Part shown: positions 1-8,759 of the stretch, piece by piece
How the letters are laid out: the number at the start of each line of letters is the position of its first letter
Position numbering within the stretch: position 1 is the stretch's first letter
Source: Deltaproteobacteria bacterium
Lineage (GTDB): Bacteria > Desulfobacterota > DSM-4660 > Desulfatiglandales > HGW-15
Direction: 5' to 3'
DNA: 21,549 nucleotides
NCBI GenBank assembly: GCA_020060805.1
Contig: JAGUZM010000404.1
Coordinates: forward strand, 1-21,549
Notes under the pieces: generated by a model
The model's input: the letters and a program-made list of their open reading frames with translations, nothing else
The model's database searches: none
What the model was told of the DNA's origin: nothing
Translations under genes and position numbers: made by a program

Positions 1-166
1 ATGTGATGGCGACCTCGCTGACCCTGTTATCCCTCAGCAGAGAAAGGAATTGGCTGTAGGGAATGGTTTTGATCGCCAGAGCCGAGCCGAGATAATTTTG
101 AATCAGCAGAACCACCCAGATCCCCAGAAGGACATACCATATGGAAAACTTAGTATGCTTCTCCAC
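1..166 (-). CDS. ftsH: FtsH-like ATP-dependent zinc metalloprotease, N-terminal fragment (continues off the window)
   Basis: Manual translation from GTG at 166 gives MEKHTKFSIWYVLLGIWVVLLIQNYLGSALAIKTIPYSQFLSLLRDNRVSEVAIT..., a TM helix followed by the typical FtsH 'I.YS.FL..L....V..V.I' N-terminus. A strong SD (AGGAGGTGG) precedes the GTG. Not in the supplied ORF track. Confidence 0.8.
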   Translation of the reverse strand, partial: MEKHTKFSIWYVLLGIWVVLLIQNYLGSALAIKTIPYSQFLSLLRDNRVSEVAIT

Positions 167-202
167 AATCCACCTCCTCCTGCGACAACACCGGCGCTAT
201 CG

Positions 203-1705
203 TCATTTATCCTTCACCTTGAATTTCAGCCAGTCGAGCATCTCCTGGATATTCTTGGCCATGTACCATCGGCCGTTGGCGAAAGCACCGTAATCAGCCC
301 CTGCCATGGCAGAGGAAAAACGGGTTGAGTTGGCGTAGAAAAGCCACTGCTCAACCCACCTCTTTTCAATCGCTTCGTTAAAGATGCTGTCATTCTGCGC
401 AAGCCCTTTGGCCGCTCCCTTCTCCCAGGCAGCAAGGACGATCTTCGTAGCGGTCAGGGTCATCTCATTGGTCTTTTGTATGGTGTTTTCGAGACGAGCG
501 AAATGCCCGTCCACCCAACCCTGGCTGTGGCAGGAAAGGCAGACCTTTTGCATCGCCTTTCGTCTACGCTCCTGTTCCTTCTGATCGATGAGGTAAGTCG
601 TCGCAGGTTCGCCCGTCAGCTCCGTGGGCAGGGGGAGACCTGCCTTGTTCCGGATGATCGTCGTATCCGGGGAAATCGGGTGGGGATGGGCGTAGATCAG
701 GCCGAAGATCCGCCAGGGCAGGCGGTCATTCATCTGATGGGTTCTTCCGGCGATGGTTTCTCCATCTTCAGAGACGAGCAAGCTCACATGGCACGTGGCG
801 CAGGTCGGCCCGGTGATGTCTTTTCCCACGGTCCAGGGAACGGCGTCATAGTTCCATGAACCGCCGAGGGAGGAATACATGTTGCCGTGCTTGCTCACTT
901 CGTAGACTTTGAAAGCGGGCACATCGGGGCCCTTATGGCACTGAGAGCAGGTGTAGGGTTTTCTGGCCATTTCGATAGAGAACCGATGCCTGGTGTGGCA
1001 TGCGCTGCAAGACCCCTTGCTCCCGTCCGGGTTGACCCTTCCTACGCCCTGATTGGGCCAGCCCGAGAGCACCGGGAAGGTCATCTCACCGTGATCGGTC
1101 TCTCTTGAAACGTTCCCCTTCACGCTGACCACGGTTCCGTGGCAGGACAGGCAGGCATCGGCGGAGGTCAGAGGGTCAGGGGCGCTGAGGGTCGTGCTCA
1201 TCCCTGAGAAGGATTGAATGCCTGTGGCCGACTTGACGAAATCCTTGTAGACCGGGTTGTTTTCCAGGTTGCCGTAGGCATGGGACATCAGGTTTTTGCC
1301 GTACTGACTCCTTTCAGCAGGATGGCAGGTGGCGCAATCCTCAGGTGTCACGACCGTGTGAACCTCAAGGCCGTTGTGGTCGAAGGCATCTTTGTGTTTT
1401 GAAGAATTCATGGTGTGACACTCCGCGCATCCCACCACGACATGGGCAAGGGAATCGGGCAGCGTGTCGTAGGAGACCCTTCTCTCCTTCTCAGGCAGGC
1501 CCTTGGCCGCACCGGGGGTGACTCTGGACATGCGGCTTTTTTTCCAGTCCGCCACGATGCCCGGGTGGAGCGACGCATGGCATTCGAGACAGAAAGCCGT
1601 GTCTTCGCTGATAGGTGGTTCAGCGAAGACTGCCTTTGGGAAAAGGAAAACCGAAACGACAGCAACAAAAAAAAGCTTAGTACAAGCCTTCGTAAATACC
1701 CTCAC
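203..1705 (-). CDS. Periplasmic octaheme-type multiheme cytochrome c (hydroxylamine oxidoreductase-like/OCC superfamily candidate)
   Basis: Eight CxxCH motifs (CLECH, CAECH, CATCH, CLSCH, CSACH, CSQCH, CATCH, CLSCH). GTG at 1705 gives a signal peptide MRVFTKACTKLFFVAVVSVFLFPKAVFA. The track start at 1924 reads through a repeat element and is unlikely to be real. Confidence 0.85.
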   Translation of the reverse strand: MRVFTKACTKLFFVAVVSVFLFPKAVFAEPPISEDTAFCLECHASLHPGIVADWKKSRMSRVTPGAAKGLPEKERRVSYDTLPDSLAHVVVGCAECHTMNSSKHKDAFDHNGLEVHTVVTPEDCATCHPAERSQYGKNLMSHAYGNLENNPVYKDFVKSATGIQSFSGMSTTLSAPDPLTSADACLSCHGTVVSVKGNVSRETDHGEMTFPVLSGWPNQGVGRVNPDGSKGSCSACHTRHRFSIEMARKPYTCSQCHKGPDVPAFKVYEVSKHGNMYSSLGGSWNYDAVPWTVGKDITGPTCATCHVSLLVSEDGETIAGRTHQMNDRLPWRIFGLIYAHPHPISPDTTIIRNKAGLPLPTELTGEPATTYLIDQKEQERRRKAMQKVCLSCHSQGWVDGHFARLENTIQKTNEMTLTATKIVLAAWEKGAAKGLAQNDSIFNEAIEKRWVEQWLFYANSTRFSSAMAGADYGAFANGRWYMAKNIQEMLDWLKFKVKDK

Positions 1706-1708
1706 GTA

Positions 1709-1881
1709 TTCACCACCGAGGCACAGAGGACACGGAGGGGGATATGTTTTTCGTCTATCGGGAGATACCGATAGACGAAAATAATCCTCGTAAGATCTTC
1801 TCGGAGCAGAATATTTTTGTTTGTCGGTATCTCCCGACAAACAAAAACTTTTCTCTGCGCCCTCTGCGTCTCCGTGGTGAA
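1709..1881. repeat. Nested palindromic MITE-like or REP-like element with two internal perfect hairpins
   Basis: Outer imperfect inverted arms TTCACCACCGAGGCACAGAGGACACGGAG (1709-1737) and the reverse complement of 1853-1881 (TTCACCACGGAGACGCAGAGGGCGCAGAG). Internal 14-bp perfect stems at 1748-1781 and 1814-1847. AAGATCTT palindrome at the centre (1792-1799). Confidence 0.8.
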
Positions 1882-1916
1882 CCAAAATTCGTGACGGTAA
1901 TTGTGAAGACCTGACC

Positions 1917-2621
1917 TTAGTCATCAGCTTCTCCTTGTTCGAGACTTCTCAGAGCCCCGATCGCCAGTTCCCCGATCGTATGCTTCTCAAGCCGCTCTCC
2001 CGAGAATATCAACAGCTCAGTATCATCCTGTGTCAAACCCTCGAGCGCTGAGCAGGCCTCACCAACCCGCAGGAGGCCCAAGATTTTGACCGCAAGACCT
2101 CTGTGGGTCGGGTTGGGAGAGTCCAGAAAGGGCCGGAGAAGAGGGAGCGAATTCTTGACAAGGCCGGGACGCACCTCTGCCACCCTTCCTATTCCCCATA
2201 AAACACCCGATTGCAGGACCTCGTTCTCGAGAAGGTTCCCGTCCTCCCTCAGGTACGATATTAGTATATGGGTATATTCCCTTGCAAGCCTGTCATGGGA
2301 GGCAAGGATTTCACCCATCGCCTCGGGAGATCCCCACCCGATGCCGCCCGACTCGTCGTTGAGGTTCCACATCAGCCTGCGCAGGATGACGCGAGCTGCT
2401 TCCATGTCCCCCTCGGCCAGGCTCGCAACCACCGCTCCCATGGCTTTCACAGCGCCCCATTTCAATCTCTCGTCCCCCTCCTGGATCAAGGCAAAAAGGG
2501 GATTAACCGCAACCCGCGGCGGAAACCGGCAGATTTCCTCGATCGCAACGGGCAGGTTCCGTGTTTTCAAGAGTTCCAGAACTCTCTTTTTCAATGCCCG
2601 GCCTTTTGTGGGATGATTCAT
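1917..2621 (-). CDS. HEAT-repeat (PBS-lyase-type) protein, resembling the DVU0298 family
   Basis: 234 aa of helical repeats with 'RFPPRVAVNPLFALIQEGDERLKWGAVKAMGAVVASLAEGDMEAARVILRRLMWNLNDESGGIGWGSPEAMGEI'. Family name is from recall. Confidence 0.7.
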   Translation of the reverse strand: MNHPTKGRALKKRVLELLKTRNLPVAIEEICRFPPRVAVNPLFALIQEGDERLKWGAVKAMGAVVASLAEGDMEAARVILRRLMWNLNDESGGIGWGSPEAMGEILASHDRLAREYTHILISYLREDGNLLENEVLQSGVLWGIGRVAEVRPGLVKNSLPLLRPFLDSPNPTHRGLAVKILGLLRVGEACSALEGLTQDDTELLIFSGERLEKHTIGELAIGALRSLEQGEADD

Positions 2622-2791
2622 AGCGTCCCGAAAGGAGAGCGTGGACCCATGAGGCTCGAGCCTTGTCTTGCACGGGCTTGGACTGGGGCCATCAAGGGAG
2701 AGACAAGGGAATAGCTGATGGCAGATATCCCGGATGGGCAGAAAGAGATACCGATTTTCCCCGTGGGCGATATCTCTTCCTGCGGGTCATT

Positions 2792-2953
2792 CTAACTCTC
2801 CTTTTCAAACTGATCTTTTGAAGCTCCGCAAACGGGGCATACCCAGTCGGCAGGCACCTTGTCGAAAGGGGTTCCTGCCTTAACGCCGTTGTCAGGGTCA
2901 CCAGCCGCAGGGTCGTAGACATAGCCACAAACGGTGCACACATACTTATCCAT
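2792..2953 (-). CDS. Rubredoxin
   Basis: Manual translation [53 protein letters not shown] with both CxxC knuckles and a strong SD (GAGGAGGAG). Missing from the ORF track, probably because of its length (53 aa). Confidence 0.95.
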   Translation of the reverse strand: MDKYVCTVCGYVYDPAAGDPDNGVKAGTPFDKVPADWVCPVCGASKDQFEKES

Positions 2954-3294
2954 AATCATCTCCTCCTCGTAGAATAGTTGGGTTAGGCCAAAAAAGGGTG
3001 CATATCGCCTTCCATCGCAATATCCCAGGGAAAAGGTCCTGGATACCCTGTTTCGAACCGGTGAAACCTCCTTTTTTCTCTGGTCATAAACAAAAAGATG
3101 TTTAGAATGTGACCCGTAAACTCAAATTTCCTTCGAATTGATGGTTATTGGCCAGCTAAAAGCCAGGCCGGGTGAGCACCTGGGGGATACATGATACAAC
3201 AGGGTTAATACTAAGTGCCCAATGGCCTGATGTCAAGGAATCTCAACCGAGTATTACAGTCCAGAAACACCTTGGCACGAGCCTCTGTGTGAAC

Positions 3295-4119
3295 ATGGAA
3301 AGGAGGAGCGATTTCCTGTTGGCCGGCAAAACCATCCCATTCCCACAGCGGTCCACCGCCCAGGATATCATCCTGTTCGCCGTTGTGCTGGCGATAGCCA
3401 CCTGGGTCATGGTCCAGGGCACAACGCATCTCGGGTATCACTGGCAATGGTACAGGGTGCCCCAGTACCTCTTTACCCTGGAGGAGGGGCATTTTCGTCC
3501 GGGGCCGCTGCTGCAGGGGCTGATGGTGACTCTCAGGATTAGCGCTTTCAGTCTCCTCTTGACCCTTGCCTTCGGCCTGGTCACCGCACTGCTCCGGATA
3601 TCGAGTTCTTTCCTGGGCAGGACCTTGGCCCGGGGATACCTGGAAGTGATTCGAAACACCCCCCTTCTGGTGCAGCTTTTTGTCATCTATTTTGTCCTGT
3701 CGCCGATTCTCGACATCAGCCGCTTCGCCTCAGCCGTTCTCGCTCTCAGCCTGTTTGAAGGGGCTTACGCTTCGGAGATCTTCAGGGCCGGCATTCTCTC
3801 CATCCAGAGGGGTCAATGGGAGGCAGCGTACAGCCTCGGCCTCGGGAGCCTGAGCACGTACCGGCTGGTGATTCTCCCCCAGGCGGTGCGTCGTATTCTT
3901 CCTCCCCTGACGAGCCAGGCCATATCGCTCGTGAAAGACTCCGCCCTGGTGAGCACCATAGCGGTCTATGATCTGACCATGCGGGGCCAAGAGATTATCG
4001 CGGAGACTTATCTCGCTTTCGAGCTTTGGTTCACTGTCGCCGCGATGTACCTCTTCATCACCGTGACCCTTTCCATGGTGGTCCACAGGATGGAGGGGAG
4101 ACTGAAAGTGAAAACATAA
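3295..4119 (+). CDS. Polar amino-acid ABC transporter permease (HisM/GlnP family)
   Basis: Multiple TM segments and the 'GLGSLSTYRLVILPQAVRRILPPLTSQAISLVKDSALVSTI' EAA-loop signature. Start ambiguous: GTG 3172 (track) or ATG 3295. Confidence 0.85.
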   Translation: MERRSDFLLAGKTIPFPQRSTAQDIILFAVVLAIATWVMVQGTTHLGYHWQWYRVPQYLFTLEEGHFRPGPLLQGLMVTLRISAFSLLLTLAFGLVTALLRISSSFLGRTLARGYLEVIRNTPLLVQLFVIYFVLSPILDISRFASAVLALSLFEGAYASEIFRAGILSIQRGQWEAAYSLGLGSLSTYRLVILPQAVRRILPPLTSQAISLVKDSALVSTIAVYDLTMRGQEIIAETYLAFELWFTVAAMYLFITVTLSMVVHRMEGRLKVKT

Positions 4120-4190
4120 TGGCAAGAGGGGCAGGGGCTTTTTCAGTAACCTGCTGATTCGTTCACCATGAAAAGGAAAGGAGTTTTGCC

Positions 4191-5024
4191 ATGAAAGCAC
4201 GATCGGCATGTTTCGTCGTTTTGTTCATCCTCAGCCTGCTCGTCATCCCCCTGGACCATGGTTCTGCGGCAAACGTAAGGCAGCAACTCACGGCGGACAG
4301 CACCCTGGAGCAGATTCTCAAGCGGGGCGTCCTGAAGGTGGGCATGTCCACATTCGTGCCATGGGCGATGCAAGACAAAACCGGGAAACTGATCGGGTTT
4401 GAGATCGATGTTGCCACGCGGCTTGCCAAGGATATGGGGGTCAAAGTGGAATTCGTTCCGACCAAATGGGCAGGAATCGTTCCCGCCCTTCTCACGGGCA
4501 AGTTTGACGTTATCATCGGGGGCATGGGCATTCTTCCTGAGCGCAACCTGAAGGTGAATTTCACCGTGCCCTATGACCACAGCGGGATGTCCATGGTGGC
4601 CAACAAGCAGGTTGCCCAAGGTTTCAAAAGCCTGGAGGATTTCAACCGGCCGGACGTGGTTCTGGCCGTGAGGTTGGGAGCAACGCCCGTGGCTGCGGCT
4701 CAGAAGTTCATGCCCAAGGCGCAACTCCGCAAGTTTGACGATGAGTCACAGGCCATGCAGGAACTGCTGAACGGCAAGGCCCACGCGGTCGTCGCCTCGG
4801 CGCCGATGCCCGCCTTCCAGGCCCTGAAGTATCCGGACAAGCTTTTCCTTCCCCTCCCGGAGACCTTTACCAGGGAGCCGATCGGCTTTGCTCTCAGAAA
4901 AGGGGATGTGGACACCCTCAACTTCTTCAACAACTGGATAACGGTCGTTCAGGCGGAGGGATGGCTGGCTGAGCGGAAGCACTACTGGTTCGAGACAACC
5001 GAATGGGAGTCTCTGATTAAATAG
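4191..5024 (+). CDS. Periplasmic amino-acid-binding protein of an ABC transporter (SBP_bac_3 type)
   Basis: Signal peptide MKARSACFVVLFILSLLVIPLDHGSAA, then 'LEQILKRGVLKVGMSTFVPWAMQDKTGKLIGFEIDVATRLAKDMGVKVEFVPTKWAGIVPALLTGKFDVIIGGM'. SD GGAAAGGAG upstream. Confidence 0.92.
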   Translation: MKARSACFVVLFILSLLVIPLDHGSAANVRQQLTADSTLEQILKRGVLKVGMSTFVPWAMQDKTGKLIGFEIDVATRLAKDMGVKVEFVPTKWAGIVPALLTGKFDVIIGGMGILPERNLKVNFTVPYDHSGMSMVANKQVAQGFKSLEDFNRPDVVLAVRLGATPVAAAQKFMPKAQLRKFDDESQAMQELLNGKAHAVVASAPMPAFQALKYPDKLFLPLPETFTREPIGFALRKGDVDTLNFFNNWITVVQAEGWLAERKHYWFETTEWESLIK

Positions 5025-5147
5025 AATACCCTGATCAGGAGTGTCGGACAACGGGTTTCCCTTCCCCTTCCGCCTGTCCTCCTTGGCGGAGCACCTGCGG
5101 GGGATGGAGGAGGGGATGGGAGGTCTGGCACCGCCAAAAAGACGCTG

Positions 5148-6032
5148 ATGATCAAGGCCAAGGCAAAGATTAAACCCCTCGATATCATCATAGGCATTGC
5201 CCTGGTGGCGGCAGGAGCGTATGTCACGCACCGGGTCATCGCGGACCTCAACTACAGGTGGGACTGGGCCGCGATACCCCAGTATCTCCTCCGTTACGAC
5301 GAGGAGGAGGGAGGCTGGGTCCCCAACATGCTCCTCCAGGGGCTTTTCATGACCATCAGGCTGAGCGTTTGGGGAACGATTCTCGCCACCCTGATCGGAA
5401 TCGCGATGGGCCTCCTCCGCGTGAGCCGGAGGCTTTTCGGCAGGCTCGTGGCCAGGACCTACGTGGAGGTGATGCGCAACACCCCGCCTCTGGTGCTCAT
5501 CTTCCTGTTCTATTATTTCTTGAGCGGTCAGATCATGACGGTTCTGGGGATCGATACGATCCTGACCGGCCTGTCCGAAGACACGAAGTTCGTCCTCTCC
5601 CTTCTGTTTGGGTCGCCATCCCGATTCTCCGCCTTCACCTCCGCCCTGATTACCCTGGCTATTTTTGAGAGCGCCTACATTACCGAGATCGTCAGGGCGG
5701 GAATCCAGTCGATTGAAAGAGGGGTGTGGGAGGCGGGCTATTCCCTCGGGCTGTCTCGGTGGCAGCTCATGAGACGGGTGATTCTGCCTCTGGCAACGCA
5801 ACGGATCATTCCTCCCCTGGCAGGCCAGTTCATATCCACGATCAAGGATTCCGCGATCGTGTCTGTCATTTCAATCCAGGAGCTGACCTTTCAGGGTATG
5901 GAACTGACGGCCGCCACCTATCTCACCTTCGAGGTGTGGATCACCGTGACCCTCTTGTACCTCGTCCTAACCCTTTCCCTCTCCGTTACCCTGGGTCGGG
6001 TCGAGAAATATCTGAGAAGGAGTGAAGCCTGA
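5148..6032 (+). CDS. Polar amino-acid ABC transporter permease, second subunit
   Basis: Multiple TM segments and the EAA loop 'GLSRWQLMRRVILPLATQRIIPPLAGQFISTIKDSAIVSVISIQEL'. Confidence 0.88.
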   Translation: MIKAKAKIKPLDIIIGIALVAAGAYVTHRVIADLNYRWDWAAIPQYLLRYDEEEGGWVPNMLLQGLFMTIRLSVWGTILATLIGIAMGLLRVSRRLFGRLVARTYVEVMRNTPPLVLIFLFYYFLSGQIMTVLGIDTILTGLSEDTKFVLSLLFGSPSRFSAFTSALITLAIFESAYITEIVRAGIQSIERGVWEAGYSLGLSRWQLMRRVILPLATQRIIPPLAGQFISTIKDSAIVSVISIQELTFQGMELTAATYLTFEVWITVTLLYLVLTLSLSVTLGRVEKYLRRSEA

Positions 6033-7380
6033 GCGCGGGATGACCAAGGAAAATCTACTTACCACGCAACCGATTCCTGAACTGATCCGACGGATCGGCA
6101 TACCCGCCAGCATCGGGTACTTTTTCCACACCATGTACAACGTGGTGGACACCTATTTCGGGGGACTGATCTCCACCCAAGCTCTCGCCTCCCTTTCCCT
6201 GTCTTTCCCGGTATTTTTCATCATCATCGCCATGGGCACGGGTTTTTCTTCAGGAACCACGGCGCTGATCGCAAACGCCCTGGGGGCCGGGAAAGGAGAG
6301 GAGGCACGGGTTCTGGCCGTTCAGAGCATCAGCTTCGGGGTGCTCAGCTCGATCCTGCTGACGGCTTTGGGCCTCCTGATATCGCCCTTCCTTTTCAGGA
6401 TCCTGGGCGCCACAGAAGAATACCTTGCGATGGCTTTAAGCTATATGAACACGATTTTCTGCGGCACGAGCCTCTTCATGCTGGTCTACATGTTCAATGC
6501 GATCCTGAACGGCAAGGGGGAGACGAGGCCTTTTCGAAACTTCCTGATCGCCGCGTTCCTGATGAACATCGTCCTGGATCCCTGGTTCATTTACGGCGGG
6601 CTGGGCGTGCCGGCCATGGGAATCGTGGGTGTGGCTGCAGCCACGGTTCTCATCCAGTTGATCGGGTGCGTGTACCTGGGCCGGAAAGTTCTTCGGTCCG
6701 GCCTGATCGCGATGGCGGACTTCAAGCACGTGATCCCCAGGCTGGGCCCTTTTGTTCAAATCGCCCAGCAGGGATTGCCGGCGAGCCTCAACATGATGAC
6801 CGTGGGGATCGGCATCTTTGTGATCACCTATTTTGTAAGCCATTTTGGAAAAGAGGCGGTGGCAGCTTATGGGGTGGCCATGAGGGTTGAGCAAATGGTG
6901 CTCGTCCCCACGATCGGTCTCAATATCGCAACCCTCACCCTGGTGGCACAAAACAACGGCGCCAAGCTTTTCCATCGCGTCCGCGAAACCCTGCGAACAG
7001 CGTTGACTTATGGCGGCGTGCTCATGGCCGGCGGCGCGGTGGCGCTTCTGATCGGAGCGAGGGTTTTCATCGCCTTTTTTTCCGAGGACCGCTCCGTCCT
7101 TGACATCGGAGCGACCTACCTGAGGATCGATGCCCTCGCCTTGTACGCCTACGTGATCCTATACGTCAATGTGGCGGCCCAGCAGGGGATGAAAAAGCCC
7201 CTGTTCGGCCTCTTCCTCGGGTTGTACCGGCAGATGGTCGCGCCGTTTATCGTCTTCTGGCTTCTGACCCGTGTCCTCGACGTCGGTCTTTTGGGGATCT
7301 GGCTGGGGATATTCGGGATCACATGGAGTGGGGCGGCTTTTTCTATTCTGTACACTCGAAGGCTACTCAGCAGGGTTTAA
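6022..7380 (+). CDS. MATE family efflux transporter
   Basis: 452 aa, ~12 TM, 'YNVVDTYFGGLISTQALASLSLSFPVFFIIIAMGTGFSSGTTALIANALGAG'. Overlaps the upstream permease by 11 bp; start may be ATG 6040. Confidence 0.9.
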   Translation: MKPERGMTKENLLTTQPIPELIRRIGIPASIGYFFHTMYNVVDTYFGGLISTQALASLSLSFPVFFIIIAMGTGFSSGTTALIANALGAGKGEEARVLAVQSISFGVLSSILLTALGLLISPFLFRILGATEEYLAMALSYMNTIFCGTSLFMLVYMFNAILNGKGETRPFRNFLIAAFLMNIVLDPWFIYGGLGVPAMGIVGVAAATVLIQLIGCVYLGRKVLRSGLIAMADFKHVIPRLGPFVQIAQQGLPASLNMMTVGIGIFVITYFVSHFGKEAVAAYGVAMRVEQMVLVPTIGLNIATLTLVAQNNGAKLFHRVRETLRTALTYGGVLMAGGAVALLIGARVFIAFFSEDRSVLDIGATYLRIDALALYAYVILYVNVAAQQGMKKPLFGLFLGLYRQMVAPFIVFWLLTRVLDVGLLGIWLGIFGITWSGAAFSILYTRRLLSRV

Positions 7381-7406
7381 CAGGTTGCTGAGAAAGATTT
7401 CAAGAC

Positions 7407-7626
7407 GCCGGCCCGGGGGGGTCTCTGACGAGTCCGCAACCGGAAGTGCACGGATCCCCTCAACCGCCCCCATGATCCAAAGTCTTCTCCGGGGTAGGCG
7501 CAATCCCTCCAGGCCAACCGGAGAGATGCCACCCTGGGACTACAGACATAGCCCTATGACTTTTCGGCGCCGTTTCATGGGACTGAGGAAATGGTTGCGA
7601 CTAGGAAGAGACCCCCCTGGGTCGGC
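7407..7626. ncRNA. Candidate long rod-shaped structured RNA; 6S-like architecture possible (plus orientation favoured)
   Basis: GCCGGCCCGGGGGGGTCTCT (7407-7426) pairs with AGAGACCCCCCTGGGTCGGC (7607-7626): 20 bp, two G-U. Inside it AGTCCGCAACC pairs with GGTTGCGACT (one bulge), and CCCATGA pairs with TCATGGG. No plausible CDS in the interval. Confidence 0.4.
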
Positions 7627-7681
7627 TGCGCGGACAGTCCGGTGGGGGACCAAGGCGTGCGCTGAAAAAAGGCACAAAAAA

Positions 7682-7709
7682 ACCCCGTGGGCCCATTGGC
7701 CCATGGGGT
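7682..7709 (-). terminator. Intrinsic terminator downstream of the dodecin gene
   Basis: ACCCCGTGGGCC-CATT-GGCCCATGGGGT hairpin (12 bp, one wobble). The minus-strand sequence after it is a T-tract (reverse complement of CACAAAAAAA). Confidence 0.75.
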
Positions 7710-7728
7710 ATGAGATCAGAAAAAATGA

Positions 7729-7938
7729 TCAACCCTCGTACTTGAAGGATAGGTTGACCCTTGCCCGGTAGAGCTTGACCTTCCCTTTCTCAACAGTCAT
7801 ATCCAGTTTGGTCACTTCCGCGACTCTCAGATCCCTGAGGGTTCCTGAGGCGGTTTCCACCGCGGTTTTGGCAGCCTCCTCCCAGGATTTATCGCTGGTT
7901 CCCACGAGTTGAACGATGTTGTAGGTACTTGGTCCCAT
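7729..7938 (-). CDS. Dodecin family flavin-binding protein
   Basis: MGPSTYNIVQLVGTSDKSWEEAAKTAVETASGTLRDLRVAEVTKLDMTVEKGKVKLYRARVNLSFKYEG is a canonical dodecin. The ATG at 7938 has SD GAAAGGAGGGG, so the track's longer start (8016) is not favoured. Confidence 0.92.
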   Translation of the reverse strand: MGPSTYNIVQLVGTSDKSWEEAAKTAVETASGTLRDLRVAEVTKLDMTVEKGKVKLYRARVNLSFKYEG

Positions 7939-8077
7939 GTTTCCCCTCCTTTCAAAAATGTGCCTTTTTTCTTGAATTGCCCCAACCGCCGGGCCAGAGA
8001 ATACCCTCCCGGACACGATAAGTCAACAGTCCCTTAAGCCGGCTAAATGACGCGTTACCCCAAGTACACAGCCGAAC

Positions 8078-8608
8078 TCACATCGGGACGAAGCTGTTGG
8101 CCTGAAAATAATCCTCCTTGAGCAACTGAAGCTGGTTCTTGAAGGCTTTGTAATGGTCCTCTTCCCAGGCTGCCAGCTCATGGTAGAAAGCCTTCACATC
8201 CGGGGAGTCCGCTTTGTCGGCACAGGACCTGTAGAACTTCATGGCGTCCTGTTCCAGCTTCATGCCGATGGTGAGGGCGCTCACCTCGAAATGGCTGCTC
8301 TTGATTCGGGATTCGATCTCCTTGCTGAAAATCGGGCCGACGCCGTGCTTGCGGGAGCTTTTTTTCAATTTCTTTTTCAAATCATAGTCCCCGGTGTCAA
8401 GCACAGACCGGTACTGATGCTGCAGGTAATGGAGGTGCCCCATTTCTTCCTGGGCCATTTTCGCAAAGGTCGCCTTTCCCTTCGGGTCCTTGGTGCTTTT
8501 GGCTGCGCTTTTATAGAACTCATGGCCCGTCAACTCCGCTTCAATCGCTGTCTTCAGGCCATCCAGAATTTTCTTTTTGCTCCTTTCCATGGTCAGCTCC
8601 TTGTTCAT
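8078..8608 (-). CDS. Ferritin-like/rubrerythrin-type di-iron protein
   Basis: Repeated E...ExxH-like carboxylate motifs: 'AIEAELTGHEFYKSAA', 'MAQEEMGHLHYL', 'GMKLEQDAMKFYRSCA', 'AAWEEDHYKAFKNQ'. Confidence 0.8.
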   Translation of the reverse strand: MNKELTMERSKKKILDGLKTAIEAELTGHEFYKSAAKSTKDPKGKATFAKMAQEEMGHLHYLQHQYRSVLDTGDYDLKKKLKKSSRKHGVGPIFSKEIESRIKSSHFEVSALTIGMKLEQDAMKFYRSCADKADSPDVKAFYHELAAWEEDHYKAFKNQLQLLKEDYFQANSFVPM

Positions 8609-8759
8609 TCATCATCCCGTTTCGGGAGAGAGAAAACCTTTCTTACCCGGAAATGGGCTTTCGGCCCAGGGTTTTTTCGGGCAAGGGCATGACAGCGGAG
8701 GCTTCTCCAATCGCGCCCCTGCCCTTCACCGTCCTCCCCTCCGGCGATCGGAGTTATCC

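Noticed and set aside
2692-2943. 83-aa minus-strand ORF and the region overlapping rubredoxin
   Set aside because: It overlaps rubredoxin in another frame; the 53-aa rubredoxin (2792-2953) is the real gene.
4746-5801. 351-aa minus-strand ORF and a 193-aa minus ORF (4143-4724) antisense to the ABC transporter genes
   Set aside because: Low-complexity, Pro/Arg/Gly-rich translations lacking domain signatures, lying opposite clear SBP and permease genes. Typical of high-GC antisense frames.
7271-7771. 166-aa plus-strand ORF between MATE and dodecin
   Set aside because: Overlaps the MATE 3' end and the strong inverted-repeat structure, Arg/Pro-rich, no motif. Better explained as non-coding structured sequence.
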